Shown here: positions 8,075 to 15,691 of the stretch, one piece after another
Layout: the number at the start of each line of letters is the position of its first letter
How positions within the stretch are numbered: position 1 is the first letter of the stretch
From: an uncultured Hyphomicrobiales bacterium
Lineage (GTDB): Bacteria > Pseudomonadota > Alphaproteobacteria > Rhizobiales > JAJFHR01
Reading direction: 5' to 3'
Assembly (NCBI GenBank): GCA_964625235.1
Contig: CAZVAZ010000001.1
Location: 857-64,856 of the forward strand
Length of the DNA stretch: 64,000 nt
Made by a program: the position numbers and the translations under genes
The notes under the pieces: generated by a model
Databases searched by the model: none
What the model was told of the DNA's origin: nothing
Seen by the model: only the letters and a program-made list of their open reading frames with translations

Positions 8075-9472
8075 TTATGCCCTTGCGGAAAACCCTGACC
8101 GGGTATTTGCGGGCGCCACCTGACCTACGTCAGACAGGTAACGGTTGATTTTGTTCGCGGTTGCACGCGCCTGTTCTATGCAACTGGCCACCGACACACC
8201 ACCCAGATAATTCCCGGTAACATATAGTCCAGGCCGACGCTGGTGCAAAGCCTCTAGGGTTGAAACTTTATCGCTGTGTCCAATCTCATACTGCGGTAAA
8301 CTGCGGGCCCATTGACGACACCGGGAAAGAACGGGTTGACCACTGATTCCCAGCAGACCTGACAGCTCACGGTGTACCAGATGGCTGAGTTCATTGCTGT
8401 TCAGGCAAGCTGCATCATGGTTGCAACTGCCGCCCACATAGGCAGAAATTGAGACAAATCCATCCGGTGCCCGATTGGCAAACATGGTCGAAGGAAACTG
8501 TGCGCCGTTGATAATACCGCCTGTCCCCGCCACGCTCAAAAATCCCAGACTATCGAGAGGATGGCTAACCTGCTGGCGGGCATAGGCCAGAAACACAACG
8601 CTAAGGGGTGGAGCATCAATCTCAGCTGCGGCGGTTGCTGCTGGCTCATCCAACGGCTCAAGCAGGCTGGCGGCGACGTGAGGCTGAACGGCAAAGACAA
8701 TTGTTCTGGAAGTCAGATTACCTGATCTGTGGGTCTCGATCCTGTAGCCTTGCGGGTGATTTGAAACGGATTTGACTGCTGTTGCGGTTTTAATGCAACC
8801 GGGCATCGCGGTTGCCAGGGTTCTTGGCAAAGTTCCAACACCATCGCGAAACGAAAACAACCGTTTACCTGGCTCACTGCCTTGTCTGGCGTGAAGTATA
8901 CCTCGGGTGACAGAGCCAAACTCCTGTTCCATTTTCATCAATTTGGGAAAGGCTGATTTCAAGGACAGGTTGTGACTGTCTCCGGCAAATATTCCAGCCA
9001 CCAGCGGTGCCATGATTTTGTCGGCAAACTCGATACCAAAACGGCGGCATACAAAGGCGTGAATGCTTTCATCTTCGTCATTTGCTTTGCGCGGGCGCAA
9101 TATCTCTGTGATGAGACGGAACCGGCCACGAAGAGACAAATAGGGCGAAAGCAGGAAACCAGTGCGGTTAATTCCGATACCGTGCAGGGTGCCACCCTGG
9201 CGCAGGTAGCGTTTGCGTACATCATTGCCCAGGTCCAGCCGCTGGTTTTCAATATCGAGGTTTTGTGTCAACTCAAGCGCCTGAGGCACCAGGGTGTTGA
9301 GTGTGGTGGGACCATGTTCCATCAGGAAACCATTGATGCGCTGGGATATGGCGTTGCCGCCAACGGTTTGCTGGCGTTCCAGAACAATGACCCGGCGGCC
9401 GCATCGCTGCAGGTCATAAGCTGTGGTCAGGCCGGAAATTCCACCGCCGATTATGGCAACGTCGTAAGTCAT
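8075..9472 (-). CDS. hemY: HemY-type protoporphyrinogen/coproporphyrinogen oxidase-like FAD enzyme
   Basis: N-terminal dinucleotide fold YDVAIIGGGISGLTTAYDL...VLERQQTVGGN, a typical length of 465 aa, and the C-terminal LYVTGNYLGGVSVASCIEQA motif. ATGA overlap with the upstream radical-SAM gene. Confidence 0.75.
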   Translation of the reverse strand: MTYDVAIIGGGISGLTTAYDLQRCGRRVIVLERQQTVGGNAISQRINGFLMEHGPTTLNTLVPQALELTQNLDIENQRLDLGNDVRKRYLRQGGTLHGIGINRTGFLLSPYLSLRGRFRLITEILRPRKANDEDESIHAFVCRRFGIEFADKIMAPLVAGIFAGDSHNLSLKSAFPKLMKMEQEFGSVTRGILHARQGSEPGKRLFSFRDGVGTLPRTLATAMPGCIKTATAVKSVSNHPQGYRIETHRSGNLTSRTIVFAVQPHVAASLLEPLDEPAATAAAEIDAPPLSVVFLAYARQQVSHPLDSLGFLSVAGTGGIINGAQFPSTMFANRAPDGFVSISAYVGGSCNHDAACLNSNELSHLVHRELSGLLGISGQPVLSRCRQWARSLPQYEIGHSDKVSTLEALHQRRPGLYVTGNYLGGVSVASCIEQARATANKINRYLSDVGQVAPANTRSGFSARA

Positions 9473-10743
9473 GACAGCCCGGGCCTTTTGATGCCCGGTG
9501 GCAGGCCATTTTTGAACCGCTCTTTGGCCAGATGCGAAAGGTCATCTGCCGTCACAATTGACCCGCCCTTTGAGCGCACATCCGCCTCCACCCGGTTTTT
9601 AACCATGCGGCGAACGAAACCGGGTATCCGGGCAACGCGTTGTTCAGCATCTTGTGTCCAGTTGAGTGTTGCTTCTCCCGGCTTCAGGACTTCGATAATT
9701 GCCCCGTTTTGCGGCTGGTATGAACACAGGAAATCTTCTCCCATGAGATTGTTTGAGCGCGCCAGCGGCCGTGCGCGACAACCACCACACAGTTTTTGAT
9801 ATTCACAGATCCCACATCGTCCTTCCAGTTGAGGCTGGCGCAGGGCTGTGAAAATCTCACCATCATTCCAGATGTCGGAAAAACTGCTGTGACGCAAAGA
9901 CCCGCCGGAGGTTTCTATAAACGGGCAGGGGGTAACCTCGCCTTCCGGCGTCACGCGGGCATATCGAGTGCCGGCAATACAGCCGCCGGCTTCATAACCA
10001 TGGGCCATGGTGATCGGCCATTCCGGGTCGAGCTCCAGCGCCAGTCGCTTGAAATGCGGGGCGCACTTAGCGCGTACCATCAATTGTTTTTCATCGTGGG
10101 CAGCCTCGACCACGCGCTTGAGCACCTTGTCGTAATTTTCAATTGAAATATCGGTATATTTCTCACCGCGACCGGTGCACACCAGAAAAAATACATTGAG
10201 CACCAAAGCTTGCGCCTGCCGGGCAAAACTGATCATGTCGTCAATTTCACCGGCCGTATGATCAGTAACCGAGAAATGTATCTGGAAAGCCAGGTTCTCT
10301 TTGCGGCAGGCATCAATGGCCGCCATGGTTTTCAACCAGGCGCCTTTGCGACCGCGAAAATCATCATGTTTTTGCGGATCAAGTGAATCTATACTCAACC
10401 CTATGCCTGCAACGCCGGATTTTTTGAGGCTTTTCACCCGGTCAGATGTCAAAGTGATGCCGTTGGATCCGATAACGACCATCAGCCCGAGCCCGCTGGC
10501 GTGGGCCGCGAGTTCCTCGATGTCCGGGCGCAACAGTGGCTCACCGCCGGTCAAAACAATCATGCATTCCGGCCCAACGTCGGCAATATCACTGATGGCC
10601 TTTTTAACTTCGTCGGTGGACAATTCATCGGTGCTGCCGTTTTTTAGAATTTCGGCATCAAGATAACAATGGGCGCATGAGAGATTACATCGTTTTGTCA
10701 GATTGAAGGCGACAAGAAAAGGAGCGTCTACCGGTCTAGTCAT
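9469..10743 (-). CDS. Radical SAM/SPASM protein (NirJ/AhbC/AhbD-like) with a C-terminal PCP_red-like domain
   Basis: CNLSCAHCY (C-x3-C-x2-C). Cys-rich SPASM region GGCIAG...TPCPF...GRCGICEYQKLCGGCRARP. C-terminal NWTQDAEQRVARIPGFVRRMVKNRVEADVRSKGGSIVTADDL resembles the BchB/ChlB C-terminal domain. Confidence 0.8.
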   Translation of the reverse strand: MTRPVDAPFLVAFNLTKRCNLSCAHCYLDAEILKNGSTDELSTDEVKKAISDIADVGPECMIVLTGGEPLLRPDIEELAAHASGLGLMVVIGSNGITLTSDRVKSLKKSGVAGIGLSIDSLDPQKHDDFRGRKGAWLKTMAAIDACRKENLAFQIHFSVTDHTAGEIDDMISFARQAQALVLNVFFLVCTGRGEKYTDISIENYDKVLKRVVEAAHDEKQLMVRAKCAPHFKRLALELDPEWPITMAHGYEAGGCIAGTRYARVTPEGEVTPCPFIETSGGSLRHSSFSDIWNDGEIFTALRQPQLEGRCGICEYQKLCGGCRARPLARSNNLMGEDFLCSYQPQNGAIIEVLKPGEATLNWTQDAEQRVARIPGFVRRMVKNRVEADVRSKGGSIVTADDLSHLAKERFKNGLPPGIKRPGLS

Positions 10744-12397
10744 TATTTAACTCGGTTGCACCGGGCTCCGGGCACATGGCTTTTCGCGCTTTGGCAAATC
10801 CACCTTCGGCTACTTCACCGTCAACGCGGGTTGCACCATTTGCGCGTACATAGTCTTCAATGGTCTGTCTGGCTTTAGCCCGAAATATTTCCGGCACTCT
10901 TTGCAATCGCGCCAGACAGGCTGCTGCCCACTCCAGTTCCGTGTGGCAAGTCTCGGCAACAAAGGGTTCCACGTGCTGCGGCAATACCTCGGTGGCGGCA
11001 TCACGCCGGGCGGATTTTTCCGCTCTCAGGCGAATATTTTCCTTCACCGACTGATCGTTCAGTGTGGTCAGTATGGCAGTTGCCGCGGCATTCCAGGCGA
11101 GTGGTTCGAAACCATCGCTAACGGGTGTTTCACTGCCTTCAGTATTGCCGCCAGGCATCATTTTTTTCATCACGTCTTCAACAAAACGGCTAGTGATGAA
11201 TGTATGTCCCTCTGCGTGGGCCTGGCGAATAACCGAGGTGCGGGCGATACCGCGGACAAAATCGGGTGCGCGCGACATCATCGCATCGGCTTCTTCAGAC
11301 CACATGATGGTTTCTTCAGCGATAACATCAAGCGAGGGATAATGGGTCTTTTGACCAATCCAGATGTGACAGGGTGCCACCCTCAACAGGTTTTCCGTAT
11401 TGCCGCCGATGTCGAGTCCTTCATCAGCATGGACGCCAACTTTGCCCACCATCAACAAGCTCGCTTCAACTCTTTCGAGGTATTTTCGGATGGCCTGAAA
11501 CGGTTTTCCTGAAACCAGTTCACAGGTGATGTTGACGCCTTCTTCTTCAGCTACAGTTTTGGCGATGGCAAGATGCGATTGGTAGATTTTTGCAATACCA
11601 TCATCGATCAGTTCCTCGTGCAGCTGTTCCTGCTCTTTGAAACGAAATACCTTGCCCGCCTCATCAGAGAGAACACCGGCAATCTTGTTAAAGGCAACAT
11701 AGTGATAATAAGGATCGTAAGCGGCAACCGCGTGCACATCTGCGCCGGTTTGACGGGCAATCATCAAAGCCGATTTGAGAACCCCGAATGACTGGGGCGA
11801 GCCGTCAATTCCGACAACTATCGGCCCGTCACCAATGCTCATTTTGCGGTGCTTGATCACCAGCACATCAATTGGCGCGCGCCGTACAACGCGTTCACAA
11901 ACGCTGCCGATAATACTGCCTGCAACCGCTCCCAGCCCGCGAGAGCCTAAGGCGAGCACGTCAAATTCACCGGTTTTGGCAGCATCAATGATGCAGGTGT
12001 AGTTTTTGCCTTCGGGACTTAACCTTTTGAAGTTTACATCGGCATTTTTACATTTTTCCTGTGCGTTATCATGATAGCTGTCGGAGATGATACCAAGACC
12101 CTTGCCAATCAGGTCTTCATGCACATCACGCTGATGTTCCATTTCGGTTTCATAGCGATACCGTTCCGGCAATCCGCCTTCCATCTGCTTGAAACGCCGG
12201 TCGTGCATTTTAGCGGCGTAGGCATGAATGCCGATTATGGTTCCATTGATCGGCTTGACCAGTTTGATAGCTTCGAGAACTGCCTGATTGGCGAGATCTG
12301 ATTGATCAAGGGCGACAAGAATATTGTTCAGGCAAACCGGGGCTGAGCTGATCTGTTCATCAGCAATTTTTTCATTAAGCGCCAATGCTGTAGTCAT
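10736..12397 (-). CDS. Tandem universal-stress-protein (Usp) domains fused to three PCP_red-like repeats
   Basis: Two Usp modules (ILVALDQS...GSRGLGAVAGSIIGSVCERVVRRAPIDVLVIK; IVVGIDGS...LLMVGKVG). C-terminal repeats include MWSEEADAMMSRAPDFVRGIARTSV... and LEWAAACLARLQRVPEIFRAKARQTIEDYVRANG.... ATG 12397 has the SD GGAGCAAAAT; the track start 12433 would overlap the upstream mini-ORF. Confidence 0.7.
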   Translation of the reverse strand: MTTALALNEKIADEQISSAPVCLNNILVALDQSDLANQAVLEAIKLVKPINGTIIGIHAYAAKMHDRRFKQMEGGLPERYRYETEMEHQRDVHEDLIGKGLGIISDSYHDNAQEKCKNADVNFKRLSPEGKNYTCIIDAAKTGEFDVLALGSRGLGAVAGSIIGSVCERVVRRAPIDVLVIKHRKMSIGDGPIVVGIDGSPQSFGVLKSALMIARQTGADVHAVAAYDPYYHYVAFNKIAGVLSDEAGKVFRFKEQEQLHEELIDDGIAKIYQSHLAIAKTVAEEEGVNITCELVSGKPFQAIRKYLERVEASLLMVGKVGVHADEGLDIGGNTENLLRVAPCHIWIGQKTHYPSLDVIAEETIMWSEEADAMMSRAPDFVRGIARTSVIRQAHAEGHTFITSRFVEDVMKKMMPGGNTEGSETPVSDGFEPLAWNAAATAILTTLNDQSVKENIRLRAEKSARRDAATEVLPQHVEPFVAETCHTELEWAAACLARLQRVPEIFRAKARQTIEDYVRANGATRVDGEVAEGGFAKARKAMCPEPGATELNND

Positions 12398-12414
12398 ATT
12401 TTGCTCCTGCGATT

Positions 12415-12525
12415 TTATCCGTACAGCAGCCAATAGCCAACAATCAAAGCTATAACTGCAACATTTACAGCCGCACCAGCCAGTACAAAACCGTCAAAGG
12501 CATTAAGCTTTTTCTTGGGTGTCAT
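12415..12525 (-). CDS. 36-aa single-pass membrane mini-protein
   Basis: Manual translation: MTPKKKLNAFDGFVLAGAAVNVAVIALIVGYWLLYG. Basic N-terminus plus one TM helix. It fits exactly between the cupredoxin and Usp genes. Below the track size cutoff. Confidence 0.5.
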   Translation of the reverse strand: MTPKKKLNAFDGFVLAGAAVNVAVIALIVGYWLLYG

Positions 12526-12551
12526 GGCTTGGGTCCCAGATTGCAGAATGA

Positions 12552-13289
12552 TCAGAATGACAGGTCAATTTTGGTGTCTGCGCCAGCAGTGACCTTTACC
12601 TTGCCACTCTTGATCTCACCTAAAAACCCCTGCCACAGCCGAATTTTGTATTCGCCGGGCGGTACGTTATCGATGGTGAATTCACCGTTTTCACCAACAA
12701 CAGCATAATATGGGTTTGAGGCAACAAACATATAGGCGTGCATGAAGTCATGTGCGTCGCACTCAATTTTCATGCCAGCGCCTTTGCGCATTTTTATTTT
12801 TTTGGTTACTTTGTCCCCGGCGTTGGGCTGCGATACGTTTATTGCCGTGCGTCGCGCCCTGCCGATAAGTTCGTAGGTATGAATATTATGCAGGGTTTCG
12901 TCCGAATTCATGGCGGTCAGATTTCCACCATTCGCTATCACTGAGAAGGCAGGAGTAAATTCGCATTTTTTCTGATTGAGAGTTACATTCATCAACTCTT
13001 TCGGAAATGCCTTGCCCTGCTTGACCTTGTAGAGAAAGACAACTGCATTTTTTACTGTGCCGTTTTCTATTATAACAAAGGGAACGGTTCGATTACCTTC
13101 ACCGCAGATTTGCGTATCCTTGGAAATGGTGAATATTTTTGATTTTTCAACAGCGCTGCCTGCCAGGACTTTTCCCGAAATACTGCCACCGTCGGTGACC
13201 TCTATTTCCGTGTACTTTTTGGCTTGAGCCAGTCCGGTAAAACCGACCAGTGCAACTGTGCAAAGCATCCCTTTAAACAGTTTATTCAT
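12552..13289 (-). CDS. Secreted cupredoxin (amicyanin-like type-1 copper site) flanked by carboxypeptidase-regulatory-like Ig segments
   Basis: Signal peptide MNKLFKGMLCTVALVGFTGLAQA. Candidate Cu ligands are HNIH and C-D-A-H-D-F-M (C-x2-H-x2-M, as in amicyanin). C-terminal GEFTIDNVPPGEYKIRLWQ. Confidence 0.65.
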   Translation of the reverse strand: MNKLFKGMLCTVALVGFTGLAQAKKYTEIEVTDGGSISGKVLAGSAVEKSKIFTISKDTQICGEGNRTVPFVIIENGTVKNAVVFLYKVKQGKAFPKELMNVTLNQKKCEFTPAFSVIANGGNLTAMNSDETLHNIHTYELIGRARRTAINVSQPNAGDKVTKKIKMRKGAGMKIECDAHDFMHAYMFVASNPYYAVVGENGEFTIDNVPPGEYKIRLWQGFLGEIKSGKVKVTAGADTKIDLSF

Positions 13290-13324
13290 CGAGGTTTCCT
13301 CTTGTTGGGTGTTGAAATAATACT

Positions 13325-15490
13325 TCAGGCAACGGCTTGAATATCTCCATTGTCCGAATGGCTGAAAAGATCACTAAGAGCTTCGATAGCTACCAGCCAT
13401 ATCCGCTTTTTATCCTCATCCTTGAGAATTTTTAGATATTTATCCGCCGCTTCATTTGCGTTCCAGCCCTTGAGCATGGCGACAATATCGCGGCGGTGCA
13501 TACCATCATGCGCCAGGGTTAATTCAATAAGAATATCCATTTGTGAGCGCCGGCAGGCAAGGGCTTGAGCAGCGGCAATTCGAACCCCGGAATAATTATC
13601 TTCCAGTGCCAGCAACAAGCTCTCCACATGACCTTTCTTGCGACCAAGTGCTGTGACGGCTTCCCGGCGAACATGCACATCTTCATCACCGCACAACTCA
13701 ATAAGGGTTTCTTCAACATCTTTGCCTTTGATGTATGCAAGACAGCGTGCGCTGAGCATTCGAATAAGGCGATCCTGGTGTTGTGTTTCTGTTCGGATTG
13801 CCGGGTACAGGCGTTTTTTCAACTTGCCTCGTGCAGTTCCGATGAGAGCCAGGCTTTCCAGGCAGGCCTGTTTGAGCTCAACGTCATCATCTTCAAGGGC
13901 CTGATTCAGCACCCGGGTTATCCCAGGAAAATCAAAGTCACCCAGCAGACAGGCGGCAAACCGGCGGACATCTTCATGGGGGGCCACCTTGACGTCCAGC
14001 GATACCTTGCTTTTTCTCATTGCCCGCGATTTTGAGATTTTGATGAACTTTTTATCGTCTTCAGAAAGTTCAACTTCCTCAGCTTCCGGCTTTTCTTCCT
14101 CGCCCGGTTCGGTGCGAATTCCATCGCGCAATATCTGGTCCAGTGTCGAAGTGGCCGGGGGTTGTTCTTGGGGTGCAGCAGCCTCAACGTCTTCTGGCGC
14201 TGCTTCTTCTGTGGCGTCACTTTCCTCGACCGCCTCAACAAGTTCTCCGCGAAGGGCTGCCAGGAGACTGTCACCGGCTCTGTTTGGCCATTTGCCTGAG
14301 GCGGCAATTTTTGCCAGGGCAGACATAGTTGAGATACGGATCTGTCTGTTGCTGTTTGCCACAGTATCCAACAGGTAGGGCAAGCCAGCATCGTTGAGCA
14401 GGCTAAGCGCTTCAATTAAGCCAAGTCGAAAAACCAGTGGTTGTTCAGAGTTTTGCAGTGCCCCGCCGAGACTCTTTGCTGATGCCTCTCCGATCAGGGT
14501 TGCCCAGGCAACAGCTGCGGCACCGGCAACATCCGGTATGCCGACAATCGCCGTGCGAACAACTTCTGAAAAGCCTTCTTTTTTGAACGCTTGAGGTTCA
14601 GCGGCAATTGATCTGAAGATTGTCTGCCTGACTTCCGCAGATTTGTCCGACAATCTCTCCATCGCCAGATCAGGTTCTTTTGCGCTTATTGTTTTGGCAA
14701 TCAGGATGCGCACATCAACGTGTTCGTCACTGAAAAACGCGGCAAGACGCGCATCTTCGGGATCAGTATCAATTATTTTCTCGAGGGCAACATAGCGTAC
14801 TTCACCTGCTTTATCGGCCAAACATTTTTGCAAAAGATCATCAATTTCGGCAGATTGCCCCGGCTCCAAAACCGAACAGACCCGGCGGCGCATGCGTGCA
14901 TCACCCTGGTTATATAATGAGGTCAGTGCGGCCACACCTTCGGTGCCCAGTTGGACCAGAACCGGGACTGTAACCTGCGTCAGGTCCTGACCTTCGTCGT
15001 TTTTCAATTCGTTCATAATTACCGCTACGGATTCAGCTGTTCCAATTTTACCGAGCGCCTTGATTGCTGCCAATTGTATGTCCAGCCAGTCATCCCAGCC
15101 CGTAGCGTAATATTCGTCTCCCCAGTTTATCTCTTCATCCCGGCCGGCGACCATTGTGTGCAACCAGGGGACAACCTGTCGATGGTTTGCTTTGGCAAGC
15201 AATTCAATGGCAGACAGTTTGACTTCAGGGCAGGGATCACCGAGAAGATTTTCCATAATGGCACCGGCGGCTTGTGTCTCTTCGAGTTCCAAGAGGGCGG
15301 CTGCGGCATCAGTGCGTACATCTTCATCCTCATCCAGGAGTGCCTGTTGCAGCACTGGTCCGGCTCCGGGATGAGCAATTTTTCCCAACGCTGTTGCAGC
15401 GGCACAACGATGAATATCCACCCCCGACAAAAGGAGTTTGCTCAGTTGGGTAAATGCTCTTTCTTTTGCAGATTTTGCTCTTGTTACCAT
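13325..15490 (-). CDS. HEAT-repeat (PBS-lyase-type) protein, 721 aa, cytoplasmic
   Basis: Many repeats of the D/E-x-VR-x-A-A-x-ALG type (DEDVRTDAAAALLEL, DVHVRREAVTALG, YSGVRIAAAQALA). Acidic linker near the middle. No signal peptide. Confidence 0.75.
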   Translation of the reverse strand: MVTRAKSAKERAFTQLSKLLLSGVDIHRCAAATALGKIAHPGAGPVLQQALLDEDEDVRTDAAAALLELEETQAAGAIMENLLGDPCPEVKLSAIELLAKANHRQVVPWLHTMVAGRDEEINWGDEYYATGWDDWLDIQLAAIKALGKIGTAESVAVIMNELKNDEGQDLTQVTVPVLVQLGTEGVAALTSLYNQGDARMRRRVCSVLEPGQSAEIDDLLQKCLADKAGEVRYVALEKIIDTDPEDARLAAFFSDEHVDVRILIAKTISAKEPDLAMERLSDKSAEVRQTIFRSIAAEPQAFKKEGFSEVVRTAIVGIPDVAGAAAVAWATLIGEASAKSLGGALQNSEQPLVFRLGLIEALSLLNDAGLPYLLDTVANSNRQIRISTMSALAKIAASGKWPNRAGDSLLAALRGELVEAVEESDATEEAAPEDVEAAAPQEQPPATSTLDQILRDGIRTEPGEEEKPEAEEVELSEDDKKFIKISKSRAMRKSKVSLDVKVAPHEDVRRFAACLLGDFDFPGITRVLNQALEDDDVELKQACLESLALIGTARGKLKKRLYPAIRTETQHQDRLIRMLSARCLAYIKGKDVEETLIELCGDEDVHVRREAVTALGRKKGHVESLLLALEDNYSGVRIAAAQALACRRSQMDILIELTLAHDGMHRRDIVAMLKGWNANEAADKYLKILKDEDKKRIWLVAIEALSDLFSHSDNGDIQAVA

Positions 15491-15553
15491 GATTTATATC
15501 CCAGAATTTCCTAAATTGAGAGTTCAATTGAACACATTCGGCTCAAGCCTCCC

Positions 15554-15567
15554 TTGACATATGTCAA
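15554..15567. promoter_or_regulatory. FNR-type box TTGACATATGTCAA upstream of the HEAT-repeat operon
   Basis: Perfect palindrome with a TTGA-N6-TCAA core, centred about 70 nt upstream of start codon 15490. Confidence 0.6.
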
Positions 15568-15628
15568 GTCTGATCTTTCTAAAATATCTGCGCATAGCCA
15601 TTGCTCGCATCGATTTGAACAATAAAAA

Positions 15629-15654
15629 ACCGGAAGAGATAAATCGCTTCCGGT
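15629..15654 (-). terminator. Intrinsic terminator after the molybdoenzyme gene
   Basis: ACCGGAAG-(10 nt)-CTTCCGGT hairpin flanked by an A-run and a T-run (AAAAAACCGGAAG...CTTCCGGTTTTTTTGTTTTT), 38 nt downstream of stop 15692. Confidence 0.8.
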
Positions 15655-15691
15655 TTTTTTGTTTTTCGACTTCAATCAATCGCGTTTGTGA

